From the NCBI GenBank assembly GCA_000004985.1, contig GG738848.1: 64,000 bases of DNA. One strand, written 5' to 3'. This DNA comes from Naegleria gruberi. Taxonomy: Eukaryota. Numbering within the stretch: the first letter of the stretch is position 1; every line of letters begins with the position of its first letter. The position numbers and the translations under genes were made by a program. Positions 1 to 10,307 of this stretch are shown in pieces. The notes under the pieces are model-generated. The model made no database searches. It worked only from the letters and a program-made list of their open reading frames with translations, and was not told the origin of the DNA.

Positions 1-1072
1 TGTCACTGTCCAATAAATCTTCCATCGATTGTTCAATAGAGGAGAGTAAATCCTCAGCAATAATGGTATCTTTCTTTTCTGAATTATTGTCAAGTGATTT
101 TTGCTTCATTTTGTGACGTTTCACAACAGAAGGAGCAAGAGCAAATGTTGGAGATTCTAGAGATGGATACTCTTCCTCATCATAGAATTCATCATATCGA
201 TCATGATGATTCTCATCGAGGAGAGAAAATGAATTGATAGAATTTGTGGTTGTCTGATTCAATAATGGATTATTTGCTGTGAAAGACAAGGAAGAAGAAC
301 TCGAGCCACTTTTTCTCAATTTTTTCTTTCTCTCACTTGAAAAGGTTCCTCCTCCACTGCCACTAACATTGATAAGACCATCATCTGATAAAGTATCCTT
401 CCTGAATGCAGGTGGAGAATGTGGTGACTTGATGGATTCATTCTCTCCCAATTGAATGTTTGCTCTTCCTTGATTGATGGCAAGATTGGGTATTGCCTTA
501 TTGTTTGGACTTGAATTGTTACTACCACTGCTGCTGCTGCTACTAGAGTTATTACTATTGACAGAATTTGTGCTGTTATTATAACTGTTTTTGAAGGGTG
601 TGTTGGTAGTGTTGGAGCTTGATGCTCCTTTTCCGAATTTTGAAAAGATGGTTTCATCATCATCGTCCAAAATTACTCCACTCTTTGAGATGCCTGAAGA
701 ACCAGAATTTGAAATGATAGATGAAGTATAATTGAATCTGGAAATGGAATAGATTGAGTTTTGAGAAGTGGTTGATTGTTTGTTGCTATTGTTTGGAGGT
801 GTTGATGATGGTTTGGTTCCTGATGTTGGTAATGTTGGTGGAGGTGAATTGCTACTACTCGTGCTACTACCATTCGATGAATTGCCACTACTACTACTAT
901 TATTAGTAACTGATGAAGATTGTTGTTGATTATTACCAGTTGCTGCAAATCTATTGAAAAGTTGATTATTTACATGAGTTTGAATGGGAGTTGGGAGAGG
1001 TTTCTTTGTGGGAGTGGAAGGTAGAGCCGTTGCAGGAGGCTTTTTAGTATTACTATTGTTAAATTGATGCAT
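1..1072 (-). CDS. Low-complexity S/N/T-rich protein, 3' part runs off the window start (partial)
   Basis: A continuous minus-strand frame starts at ATG 1072..1070 (MHQFNNSNTKKPPATALPSTPTKKPLP...) and stays open to position 1. An in-frame TAG lies upstream of the ATG. The supplied track ORFs 316..663 and 673..948 are off-frame artefacts of the same low-complexity DNA. No recognisable domain. Confidence 0.4.
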   Translation of the reverse strand, partial: MHQFNNSNTKKPPATALPSTPTKKPLPTPIQTHVNNQLFNRFAATGNNQQQSSSVTNNSSSSGNSSNGSSTSSSNSPPPTLPTSGTKPSSTPPNNSNKQSTTSQNSIYSISRFNYTSSIISNSGSSGISKSGVILDDDDETIFSKFGKGASSSNTTNTPFKNSYNNSTNSVNSNNSSSSSSSGSNNSSPNNKAIPNLAINQGRANIQLGENESIKSPHSPPAFRKDTLSDDGLINVSGSGGGTFSSERKKKLRKSGSSSSSLSFTANNPLLNQTTTNSINSFSLLDENHHDRYDEFYDEEEYPSLESPTFALAPSVVKRHKMKQKSLDNNSEKKDTIIAEDLLSSIEQSMEDLLDSD

Positions 1073-1619
1073 GATTAATATTCGGATCAAGCAATCAATT
1101 AATATTGATTAATATTATTATTCTAATGAATACAGTGTTGATTAATGTACAGGAGAAGACTCGATTTGAGTATATTTACAATATATATCTACCACGAGTA
1201 GGAAATTTACTGTACAGTTCGATTGAGAGTTTCAATCAAAATTCGAGAGTTGATCAAGCAAGAAGATATGGAATCGGAAAAGGCTTTTTTTGTTGTTTGA
1301 TGACCAACTAATAATAGAGGTCAAGAAGTGGTTTGAAACATATTGTTGTACAGTAACGGTATGATGGCTTCCATCATGACCTCAGATCCATGTATTTCAA
1401 CTTTCCATCCATGTTAATATATTACAGCATCACTAACTTATTGGAAGGTGTCAAGGTTAAATATCATGTTGAAGATTATTCTCAATAAATTTATTAAAAA
1501 CTTTGCAGGTTAAAAATATTCATTGTAAAATATCACTCAGCCAAGAAATATTTTAAATTTCGTTTGAAAAAAAAAACTTTTAAGTGCGAGCACCCCGTTG
1601 TTTTGACCACCACATAAAA

Positions 1620-2054
1620 ATGTCATCTCAAATTGAAGTCGTTGACCAACTCCTCACCCAAGAACCAAAGGAAGAACTTAACTTGAACACTGCTATCAAG
1701 AGAGTCTTGAAGACTGCCTCTGCTAACAGATCTGTTGCTCGTGGTTTGAGAGAAGTCTGTAGAACTTTGGCTAAGGATAAGGCTCAATTGTGCGTCCTCG
1801 CTGACGACTGTGACAAGGATCAATACAAGAAGTTGATCAAGGCTTTCTGTGCCTACAAGAAGGTTGATCTCTTGGAAGTCCCATCTAAGAGACAATTGGG
1901 TGAATGGGTTGGTCTTGCTAAGTATGATAAGCAAATGAGAACCAGAAGAGTCCAAAAGTGTGCTGTTGCCGTCATTACTGATTTGAGCGGTTTCGGTGAA
2001 GAACAAGATGAAGCTTTGAACTTTGTCTTGAAGCATTTGGGCAAGTCTGATTAA
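1620..2054 (+). CDS. rps12: 40S ribosomal protein S12 (eS12)
   Basis: MSSQIEVVDQLL...NTAIKRVLKTA...ARGLREV...LCVLADDCD...KLGEWVGL matches the eS12/L7Ae-fold family along its whole length. ATG is at 1620 and TAA at 2052-2054. The track ORF begins earlier at a GTG. Confidence 0.9.
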   Translation: MSSQIEVVDQLLTQEPKEELNLNTAIKRVLKTASANRSVARGLREVCRTLAKDKAQLCVLADDCDKDQYKKLIKAFCAYKKVDLLEVPSKRQLGEWVGLAKYDKQMRTRRVQKCAVAVITDLSGFGEEQDEALNFVLKHLGKSD

Positions 2055-2262
2055 ATTTGCATCATATGAACGAATAAAATTTAAAATTTATTTAAAAAGT
2101 AATTTTGAATGTGTTAATATTTTAATGTTGTGAAAAGATAGCTTACCATACCACTTGAAAGATGGTATGATTTTTGGTGAATTATCACTTGCAAGTTGTG
2201 ACTTCAATCAAGGAATAACGGAAAAGGTTGAAGCCACAAAGAGAAATTAAAATTACAAAAAA

Positions 2263-3195
2263 ATGTCCTTCATCATTAAACCAACCCGTATCTTGTCAAA
2301 CTCTTTGAGATCAAAGAAGATTTGCTCTCCTCTTTTCCAACAACAACAAATCATCACTAGACAACAATACAATTTTTCATCATGTCTTCGTTCTATGCAA
2401 CAACAAATCACTTATCCAACCAATCTTGAAAATATTCTCTTTGAAAAGAAGGATTCCGGAGTTGCCATCATCACTTTGAACAGACCAAAAGCTTTGAATG
2501 CATTGTGTAAACAACTTGTTCAAGAATTGGGACAAGTTGTCTCCTTGTGCGAAAAGGATCCATCTGTTAGAGTAATGATCATTACAGGAAGTCAAAAGGC
2601 TTTTGCTGCTGGAGCTGACATTAAGGAAATGAGCACCATGACTGCTATGCAAGTTTATAATGAAAATTTATTTGGAGAACTTGATGCTGTTTCTAAAGCT
2701 AGAAAGCCAGTTATTGCTGCTGTTAATGGATTTGCTTTGGGTGGTGGATGTGAACTTGCCATGATGTGTGACTTTATTGTTGCTGGTGAAAATGCCAAGT
2801 TTGGTCAACCAGAAATTAAGCTTGGTACTATTCCAGGTATTGGTGGTACTCAAAGACTTACTAAAGCTATTGGTAAGGCAAAGGCTATGGAATGGAATTT
2901 GACTGGAGATCTCCATGATGCTGTTGAAGCTGAAAAGGCTGGTTTAGTTTCTCGTATTGTCAAGACTGAACAACTCCTTGAAGAAACTCTCAAGATTGCT
3001 GAAAAGATTGCTTCATACAGTCAACCTATTGCTGCATTGGCTAAGGAATGTGTTAATAAGGCTCATGAAACTGGTTTGCAAGAAGGTTTAGTTTTCGAAA
3101 GAAGAGTTTTCATGTCCACTTTTGCTTCAAAGGATCAAAAGGAAGGTATGAGTGCTTTTGCTGAAAAGAGAACTCCAAAGTTTGTTGATGAATAA
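2263..3195 (+). CDS. Enoyl-CoA hydratase (crotonase family, mitochondrial ECHS1-like)
   Basis: Core motifs ITLNRPKALNAL, AFAAGADIKEM, NGFALGGGCELAMMCD and KFGQPEIKLGTIPGIGGTQRL are present. The S/Q-rich N-terminus is consistent with a mitochondrial presequence. A-rich context before the ATG. Confidence 0.9.
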   Translation: MSFIIKPTRILSNSLRSKKICSPLFQQQQIITRQQYNFSSCLRSMQQQITYPTNLENILFEKKDSGVAIITLNRPKALNALCKQLVQELGQVVSLCEKDPSVRVMIITGSQKAFAAGADIKEMSTMTAMQVYNENLFGELDAVSKARKPVIAAVNGFALGGGCELAMMCDFIVAGENAKFGQPEIKLGTIPGIGGTQRLTKAIGKAKAMEWNLTGDLHDAVEAEKAGLVSRIVKTEQLLEETLKIAEKIASYSQPIAALAKECVNKAHETGLQEGLVFERRVFMSTFASKDQKEGMSAFAEKRTPKFVDE

Positions 3196-3356
3196 ATTTC
3201 CAAGTTGTGTGAAATCTCTCAATTTATCTCTCTGAGTTTATAAAATGGAAACAAATTGTAATAAAGATATTTCACACGAGTCCTCAATGAGGACTGTAAA
3301 GTAAGGCGCGCAATTTCTGCAATTCCACAAACGCTTAATCAAAGTAGAAGAAAAAA

Positions 3357-4052
3357 ATGATCAAACCAATTAATATTGCACTATATTGTTTTCTAGCAAT
3401 ATTGCTAATGGTTATCAATCATTCACTTGCTCTCATTACTCCTCGTGTTACTCTTCCGAGAATGGTGAGCACAAAGCAAGGAGAGGAATCATGTTGTTTA
3501 CCTCGAAAGATTTCCCTTCAGGGCTCTATTTTCCAAGTAAGCTATGAAGGAAATATGACCAATACCTTCTTTGGTACATGGATACTCAATAATGATCTTG
3601 ATAATGGAAAGGCAAGATCTGATTTGGTGTCCTCCAACTCGGGACCGAATGTCACCACAGTATCATATAGAAATGGGCAAAATACTTTTACCTATACCTA
3701 CATTCCAGGTCAAACATGTTATTGTGTTAAAATAATCAATGCAGATTGGAATAGAAACTATTGCACAAGTAGTGGAAGACTTTTGGAACAATCGAATGTC
3801 GGATTCAATAAGGCAAACAAGTATGGCTTTGAGAATGTTGTGGCTGGAAACAAGTATATTGACGCTAGTTATTATTGGACTATACCAGTTGATCAAAAGA
3901 CATGTATCTTCGTGAGTAATGTTGAAGCAATTGCGCAATCAATTGGAACTTTCTCAAAGAATACTCAATTCTATGGAGCCAGTTATCAAGTAGATCCAAA
4001 ACTATTTGTTATTCCACAATATTGTCCACCAGAAAGTCAATGTCCACTTTAA
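3357..4052 (+). CDS. Secreted cysteine-rich hypothetical protein
   Basis: Hydrophobic signal peptide (MIKPINIALYCFLAILLMVINHSLA). About 10 Cys and several N-x-S/T sites. No recognised domain. Confidence 0.5.
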   Translation: MIKPINIALYCFLAILLMVINHSLALITPRVTLPRMVSTKQGEESCCLPRKISLQGSIFQVSYEGNMTNTFFGTWILNNDLDNGKARSDLVSSNSGPNVTTVSYRNGQNTFTYTYIPGQTCYCVKIINADWNRNYCTSSGRLLEQSNVGFNKANKYGFENVVAGNKYIDASYYWTIPVDQKTCIFVSNVEAIAQSIGTFSKNTQFYGASYQVDPKLFVIPQYCPPESQCPL

Positions 4053-4394
4053 CAATAAAACTATGTTTATCATTTTATGATCAATAAATATCAGTGGTGA
4101 TAATAGACTTGTTGAATCACTCCTACATTGAACCCAAGATTCGTATAGAACTCTTGCCTTCACTGTTCATACAGTCAAAGACTGTAGCGGGATTGTCGCC
4201 ATATTCCTGGCAGGCTTCCTGTCTTGTCAATTTAAAAGAATGTGAAATATTTGAATGTGCCGTTTCAATGAAGTTATAGATTTGCCTTGTAGGATTGAAC
4301 CTCATAATCTTGATTCAGAAGCAATAAGCGATTCATTATTAAATTGGTAAGAAGGAAATAACTGAAAAATGATTTTGTTTTCCTTAAATTCAAT

Positions 4395-4485
4395 GGTGAG
4401 TTGGTCGAGTGGTCTAAGACGACACGTTAAGGTATGATTAATACCGTGTTCCGCAAGGGCGTGGGTTCAAATCCCACACTCATCA
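4395..4485 (+). tRNA. tRNA-Leu (AAG) with an 11-nt intron 3' of position 37
   Basis: Acceptor GGTGAGT/ACTCATC+A. D-arm GGTCGAGTGGTCTAAGAC. Anticodon stem ACACG/CGTGT with loop TTAAGG[TATGATTAATA]C. Long variable arm and T-arm GTGGGTTCAAATCCCAC. Followed by a T6 Pol III terminator. Confidence 0.85.
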
Positions 4486-4596
4486 GTTTTTTAGATTCAC
4501 CTTTTTCATCCCTTAATGGAAAGGTGAAAAACAAGCAAATAATTGTGTTCACTAATACTTTGGTTATAAAACAATGACAAGTTTAATGAATGTGCT

Positions 4597-4667
4597 CGTC
4601 TCGTGGTGTAATGGTAGCATAGTGGACTTTGAATCCATTGACGGAGGTTCGATTCCTCCCGAGACGG
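4597..4667 (+). tRNA. tRNA-Gln (TTG)
   Basis: Acceptor CGTCTCG/CGAGACG+G. D-arm GGTGTAATGGTAGCAT. Anticodon loop CTTTGAA. T-arm GGAGGTTCGATTCCTCC. Confidence 0.85.
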
Positions 4668-5217
4668 TAACGTGGCGAGCCATGAAATTTTTATGTATAT
4701 TTTTATTTATATTAATGACAATTTGGATTTCTAAAGTAAGAGTTGCTTCAAAGAGATGGAACTGTGCTGACTTGACAATTACACCATCATATTTCAATAA
4801 AGAGTTGAACTGTTGCATCTTTTTTTTCCATAAGAGAAGATTATGGATTGTCCACATGGATATTAAATGTTCTTGTAAGCATAAGAATTAAAGATAATTA
4901 ATTCTGTTACGAGAGCACAAAAGAAGTTTTCAAAGTATCTAAATTATATTTGATTTTATTTACAATTAGATTCAATAATTTCAAAGATTTATATGAATTT
5001 TCCATCATGATATTCTTCAAAAGCATGTTCGATTTCCTCTCTAGTATTCATAACAAAAGGTTCACATGTACAAAATCAAAAGTTGATCTTCTGAAGTTTC
5101 AGAAAAGAGAAATCTGCCTTGAGTCAAGACTCTACTTCCCTCAATGACATATACGGATACAACATTTTCAAATCCCTTCTTCGCCAAATCATTACATTAA
5201 ATCATAGTCATATGAAA

Positions 5218-5288
5218 TCGGGTGTGGTATAGTGGTAGCATTCCAGACTGTCACTCTGGCGACCCGGGTTCAATTCCCGGCACTCGAG
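5218..5288 (+). tRNA. tRNA-Asp (GTC)
   Basis: Begins with U1 (TCGGGTG/CACTCGA+G), as is typical of eukaryotic tRNA-Asp. D-arm GTATAGTGGTAGCAT. Anticodon stem CCAGA/TCTGG with loop CTGTCAC. T-arm CCGGGTTCAATTCCCGG. Confidence 0.85.
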
Positions 5289-5684
5289 ATAAATTTTTGA
5301 TAATATCCCAATGTTTGAGTTTTACTTTTTTCATCATAGGAGGAATGAAATGCAATCTAGCTATTTATCAATTTTCAAAGTTTCATCTCTTAAAACCATC
5401 GAGAAAATAATCAAAGATTTGACACTCTCCATTTTTCAAAAAAAAATTCCTTTTGAAAAAGTTCCAAGTTCCTTGCCTATCTTTCAAATTATTTCCGCTT
5501 ATCAATCAAACTCGAAACAATTCTATTGGTTGATTCACCACCAATCTTTCAAAATTGTCTCCTTTCTGCACCCAAATTGCAACAAGTCCACTTCAAAATA
5601 AATATAAATATTTCCATTGTGTTCTAAACTTTTGAAAAACAACAACAAAACAAATATCTAAACAACTAAACAACTCAAAACAAA

Positions 5685-5873
5685 ATGATGCTTAATTGCC
5701 AATTCAGTGATGAAATTATCAAAACCTATGAAGAAATGAGAATGGGAAAGGGTTCTAATAAGGATAAAAAGTTTCTAGTATTGAAAATGCAAGAAAGTTC
5801 CATTCAAATAGATCATGATTTGAGTCAACTCTCTTCATTGGATGAATTGACTTCAAATCTCCCAGATCCCTAA
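5685..5873 (+). CDS. ADF/cofilin (ADF-H) N-terminal fragment, 62 aa, probably a truncated gene or pseudogene
   Basis: MMLNCQFSDEIIKTYEEMRMGKGSNKDKKFLVLKM...LSSLDELTSNLPDP aligns to the N-terminal half of actophorin/cofilin (..DDCVQKFNELKLG...RYVTFKM...YEDFKSQLPE). It stops before the conserved CRY..D motif, and no downstream exon exists: a convergent gene ends 57 bp away. Confidence 0.35.
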   Translation: MMLNCQFSDEIIKTYEEMRMGKGSNKDKKFLVLKMQESSIQIDHDLSQLSSLDELTSNLPDP

Positions 5874-5929
5874 TTAATCAAAATCCTTTCAATTTCCAAT
5901 CTTATATGTAAATAATAATAAATATGCAT

Positions 5930-6472
5930 TTAATTATGTTGTGGAGTAACATTTTGATAAGCAACAGCTTCAATTTCAACAACACCACCCTTTGGCAAAG
6001 CCTTAACAGCAAAAGTAGCTCTTGCAGGCTTATTATTTGGGAAATATGATTCATAAATCTTATTGACAACTTCAAAGTGAGCCATATCAGTCAAAAGAAT
6101 AGTAGTCTTCAAAACATTATCCATTGAACTACCAGCATCTTCCAAAATAGCAGACATATTCTTCAAAGCTTGATGACATTGAGCATCGAGACCTTCAGCC
6201 AAAGCACCAGTCTTTGGATCAAGACCAAGTTGTCCACTAACAAAAACAAGTCTTTCATTGAGAATGGTAGCTTGACTGTATGGTCCAATAGCCTTTGGTC
6301 CTCTTTCAGTGTTGAACAATTTGTGAGAATTGTTAGTTGGTGGACAAGTTGGAGTGAGACAAATGTTTTGACATGTTGAGAAACATTGAATAGCAGCTGG
6401 AGTATTCTTTCTCATCAATGAAAGAAGAGAAGAAGCCTTCTTGGTGGTGGTGGAACGAACAGATCTGATCAT
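5930..6472 (-). CDS. RidA/YjgF/UK114-family reactive-intermediate deaminase with an N-terminal presequence
   Basis: GPKAIGPYSQA...VFVSGQLGLDP..., ...ARATFAVKALPKGGVVEIEAVA are canonical YjgF/RidA motifs. ATG 6472..6470 is preferred (basic S/T-rich presequence MIRSVRSTTTKK...). An alternative upstream ATG is at 6517. Confidence 0.8.
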   Translation of the reverse strand: MIRSVRSTTTKKASSLLSLMRKNTPAAIQCFSTCQNICLTPTCPPTNNSHKLFNTERGPKAIGPYSQATILNERLVFVSGQLGLDPKTGALAEGLDAQCHQALKNMSAILEDAGSSMDNVLKTTILLTDMAHFEVVNKIYESYFPNNKPARATFAVKALPKGGVVEIEAVAYQNVTPQHN

Positions 6473-6940
6473 TTTCTTTAAATATATTATTATAATAATA
6501 ACATTATCATCATTCATTAAATCACATCATCATTATTGTATTCATCATCATTCCGAAATAATTATTGTTGTTGATCAACAACATCATCAATGTCCAATTA
6601 TAATAGTAATTCGCATAAATTGCCAATGTGTTGAGTGTTCAAGAAGTAACAACACAACACCATCATCATCAAGAAATAATAAAAATGTTAAGCTTGTTGT
6701 TGTGCACAAAGAAAAACAAACCTTTTAAAATATTTTTTTTTGATATAATTTTTGTAGTTCTATTTCAACAACATCTACAAGGTTAATAAGTTCATGATCA
6801 AGCTATCTTAATTATCATTTCACAAATACTATTCGAAACAAGTAATGTCTCATCTTTCTAAACCAAATGAGATTTGAATCTAGATTACTTGTTAGATGAT
6901 TTGAGGAGTCTCCACTGAGTATCAAAATTTGAGAAGGTTG

Positions 6941-8578
6941 TTAAAACATGGATTGGTCATTTAGTTTGGTCAATTTGGGAAATAGTTTAAAATTTTCATG
7001 TTGTAGGGCACAATTCACTTTCAACAATTCCAAACTTTTAAAATTTTCTGGATTATTTGCAATGCAATTAATATTCGTAATGACAGGTTCATCCAAAGTC
7101 AATTTTGTCAATTGTTCTGTTTTCCCACATTCAGCAAATATTCTAATATCGTTACCCGAAAGTATACACCATTCCAAAGAAAGGTCAGTAATATTTGGAA
7201 GAAAACTGCAAGCCACAAGTACTTTCATATCTATTGAACAGTTTTCTAGCCTGAGACTTCTCAAATTGCATGCAAACTTATCCAGAGACCTAAAGTCAAT
7301 TCCTGAAAAGTAAGCCAAATCCAAATAAATTAAATGTTTCAAAAATTTACAATTTTCCAAATTAAAAAAGGTTTTTTGTAAAGAATCAAAATCAAGTTTT
7401 AGAGTTGTCAGATTATCAAATATTGGCTTTCTTAGGAAGCTGTTGTCTGCAAAGTAATCAAATACCTTTAGTGTCTTGATGTTTAACATGGAATCATTGT
7501 CAAATAGTTCAATAAATGTTGGAGTGACATCTTTAAAATCATTAATCACCATAACGATAGAGTTTAAATTATTCGTGGTGGGATTGTTCATCACAATTTC
7601 GTAGAGTTTAACCTCATCTGTTCTGTTAAAGAAAAATTGAAAATTCGTTAGATTATTAAATATTGGTTTTTCAAAGAAGGAAGTTGACTGTTCAGTAATA
7701 TAATTCATGCTAATGTCTAAACTGGTTAAATTTCTCAAACTTTCAACTTTCAGTAAATCTTCATCTCTTAAACAATTTCTTCCATAGTTGAGATCTTTCA
7801 GATTTTGAAATGTGGATAAAATTCTTGTGAAATATTGGGATATTCCCTGAGTAAATTCATTGAATTCAGGACTGCAAGAGTTCATATTTAAACTTGTCAA
7901 TGATTCGGCAAACTTGCTAGTCAATATCAATTCGCATCCATCTTCCTCTAAAATATTACTAGAAATATCCAAAGCTGTCAAATTTTTCAAAACTTCACTA
8001 GAAGTAAGATGCTCCACTTGAAATCTCACTAAATTAATTGATTTCAACTCTAAAACTTGCAAATTACTCAAACTTGAGCTATTTGCAATGGATTTTACCA
8101 ATTCTTCACCAAGTTTCACTTCATTCAAACGAAACCTCTTCAATTTTGGATAATTCCAAACAAAATGATCATCCTCATCCTCTTTTCTCTCATCCCCCCA
8201 TCCAGATTCTATACAAATATTAAATTTCGAGTATGAAAAATCCAACTCTTCCACATTTTCAAATTCCTTCCTCGAATTTAATAATTTAAAACTTGAATCT
8301 TTCATGTAATGTGCCTTCACTGATCTAATTTTTAAATCTCTTATTTCCACTTGATCTTTTCTTTCAAAAGCAAACAATTCTTCATGTTGCTGATCATCAT
8401 CAAAATAAATAAAAGTATTTAACATTTTCCGATTGTAGAATGAAATAGCTAAAGGAATATTCCGAGATTGTAAAAGCCACTGTTTGGACACAAGACTTGT
8501 CGAGTGGATAAGTGATGGCGTTGGAAGGAAGGAGAGAATTTCATACAGCTCATCATTATTGAATAGTTGTTGAGACAT
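6941..8578 (-). CDS. F-box-like / leucine-rich-repeat hypothetical protein
   Basis: N-terminal F-box-like LYEILSFLPTPSLIHSTSLVSKQWL, followed by irregular LRR-like L..L.L..N repeats. 545 aa, single exon. Confidence 0.5.
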   Translation of the reverse strand: MSQQLFNNDELYEILSFLPTPSLIHSTSLVSKQWLLQSRNIPLAISFYNRKMLNTFIYFDDDQQHEELFAFERKDQVEIRDLKIRSVKAHYMKDSSFKLLNSRKEFENVEELDFSYSKFNICIESGWGDERKEDEDDHFVWNYPKLKRFRLNEVKLGEELVKSIANSSSLSNLQVLELKSINLVRFQVEHLTSSEVLKNLTALDISSNILEEDGCELILTSKFAESLTSLNMNSCSPEFNEFTQGISQYFTRILSTFQNLKDLNYGRNCLRDEDLLKVESLRNLTSLDISMNYITEQSTSFFEKPIFNNLTNFQFFFNRTDEVKLYEIVMNNPTTNNLNSIVMVINDFKDVTPTFIELFDNDSMLNIKTLKVFDYFADNSFLRKPIFDNLTTLKLDFDSLQKTFFNLENCKFLKHLIYLDLAYFSGIDFRSLDKFACNLRSLRLENCSIDMKVLVACSFLPNITDLSLEWCILSGNDIRIFAECGKTEQLTKLTLDEPVITNINCIANNPENFKSLELLKVNCALQHENFKLFPKLTKLNDQSMF

Positions 8579-8712
8579 TTTTTAATCTATTGTATTTGTT
8601 ACAAACCTTTCGAAAACAAAAAATCAACAGATTATTCAATTAATTACAAGGTCTAAAATAATTCACACATGATTTGTAATCATAAGTATTTATTATTTTA
8701 ACTTGATGTGAA

Positions 8713-8793
8713 GCGGTCTTGACCGAGTGGTTAAGGTGATTGACTAGAAATCAATTGGGGCGACCCGCACAGGTTCGAATCCTGTAGTCCGCG
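8713..8793 (+). tRNA. tRNA-Ser (AGA), type II with long variable arm
   Basis: D-arm ACCGAGTGGTTAAGGT. Anticodon stem ATTGA/TCAAT with loop CTAGAAA. Variable arm TGGGGCGACCCGCAC. T-arm ACAGGTTCGAATCCTGT. Acceptor GCGGTCT/AGTCCGC+G has one mismatch. T-rich tract downstream. Confidence 0.8.
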
Positions 8794-8895
8794 AAATTTT
8801 ACCTTTTTGTGATCTTAAAAATGAGTTCACATTTTCACCAATAACACACTTATACTTGCTAATTAGAAACAGTTTCTTCTTTTATTGCTATTGTT

Positions 8896-9789
8896 TTACT
8901 CGTATGAAGTAGAACTCAAAAAGCTATCGCAATCATCATCAGCTCCACCTTGAGCAGAATTCGATGGATGTAAGTTACCATTCAATTGATATTGTTGATC
9001 TTCCACAAACCAACAATCAATTGCATTACTAGTTGATTGACAATTCAATAATGGTTGCATGTTTCGTATTCTATTTTCTGTTTGCATGTTAGGCATCAAT
9101 GTTGGAAAGGTTTGAGATGGAATATTGTTCGAAGGTAGAACACTATTCATATTAGTTTCAAAGGGAGGGCAAGGTAGCTGACCCACAGATGAACAGCTCG
9201 ATGAAGAATTGATCAACATTGAGTCTTTCTGTAGTAAGTTTTGAGAATAGTTTCCAATAACTTTTTGCATGTAGTGTAGACATGCATGAAGGTTACTGTT
9301 TGAATAAGATGTTGGAGGATCAATGGAGGTATTACTCGATGATGATGAATTTGGTGTAGAGAATCTATGTTCTGAGTAGTAACTATCAGATGAAACTAAA
9401 CTATTCTTCCTGTTAGTTTCTTTGACTTGAACCTTCTCTGAAGTAACCACTCGATTCTTCTTTGATGGATTTCTTACACCTCTATTACATGTCCTTATCT
9501 GATCATGCTTTGGATTAGTACCAGAATCTAATAGATTAGTTTCATTTCTATCTGCATGTACTAAAGGTGGAGTAACAATCTTGTACACAGTAAGATCGCC
9601 ACCAGAGGGAGCACTCTTATCCCATTCAAAATAGTTTTCTAATAACTTGTCGTGTTGCAAAGTCTGTCTCAATCTGGTGTTTCGAATATTCAGTTGATGG
9701 TTTCGTTTCATAACCTTCACTTTGGCTTTAATATTCTTGGTTTCGTCAACGAAAGAGAATGAGTTGTTGTTGTTGTTTTGATTCTTCAT
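8896..9789 (-). CDS. Hypothetical N/S-rich nuclear-type protein with a basic region
   Basis: 297-aa ORF starting at an ATG. Basic stretch KAKVKVMKRNHQLNIRNTRLRQTL near the N-terminus. Low-complexity S/N tracts. No confident domain. Confidence 0.4.
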   Translation of the reverse strand: MKNQNNNNNSFSFVDETKNIKAKVKVMKRNHQLNIRNTRLRQTLQHDKLLENYFEWDKSAPSGGDLTVYKIVTPPLVHADRNETNLLDSGTNPKHDQIRTCNRGVRNPSKKNRVVTSEKVQVKETNRKNSLVSSDSYYSEHRFSTPNSSSSSNTSIDPPTSYSNSNLHACLHYMQKVIGNYSQNLLQKDSMLINSSSSCSSVGQLPCPPFETNMNSVLPSNNIPSQTFPTLMPNMQTENRIRNMQPLLNCQSTSNAIDCWFVEDQQYQLNGNLHPSNSAQGGADDDCDSFLSSTSYE

Positions 9790-10307
9790 TGTTGCTTCTT
9801 TTTTTTAAACGATTCTTCTTCTTTCTAATAATTAACAAAAACTAATTGGACTCACCAATCAGACAGTACCACTTTCGAATAATAGGTAAAAAATAAAACC
9901 TACATAATTCATCCGTAGTAACACAACTTTGTGTGCGCAATTTTCACATGAACCACTGAAAAACAGAACAAAACTATTAATTAAACGTTTTTTTAATATT
10001 TTGATATTCTGAATATTTACACAATGAACCCAGTTAAACCGCATCCAAACGCTTAAATTCGATTTGACCCCTCAATCATAATTCTACTCATTTCAGACAT
10101 TGACTAAAGTGGACTAAGCGAAGAGAGATCTACATTATCTGAAATGCCAGATAACTGCACTTTTAACAAGCTAGCTCCAATTTAACAATTATGTACCATA
10201 TTAGCAAAGAGACATGAAACAAGTACCTTCTTAATTACTAAACTCGAATTCAAAATGAAGTACTAATTGGAACTATTTGTGCTTGTTTGCTTCAAATGGA
10301 ATTTGCT

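Noticed and set aside
316-948. Track ORFs 316..663 and 673..948 (-), with peptides such as MMMKPSFQ... and LQQLVIINNN...
   Set aside because: Both are shifted one frame from the continuous frame that starts at ATG 1072 and stays open to position 1. The low-complexity codon usage lets several frames stay open. They are not separate genes.
1623-2044. Antisense ORFs 1623..2036 and 1853..2044 overlapping the rps12 CDS
   Set aside because: They are fully contained in the opposite strand of a highly conserved ribosomal-protein gene and show no domain signal. Typical antisense frame artefacts.
2380-2916. Antisense ORFs inside the enoyl-CoA hydratase gene (2380..2652, 2668..2916)
   Set aside because: They lie opposite a well-supported CDS and have no features of their own.
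4574-5410. Track ORFs 4574..4891 (+) and 5222..5410 (+)
   Set aside because: They read straight through tRNA-Gln and tRNA-Asp respectively (the peptide ...WCNGSIVDFESIDGGSIPPE is the tRNA translated). Not coding.
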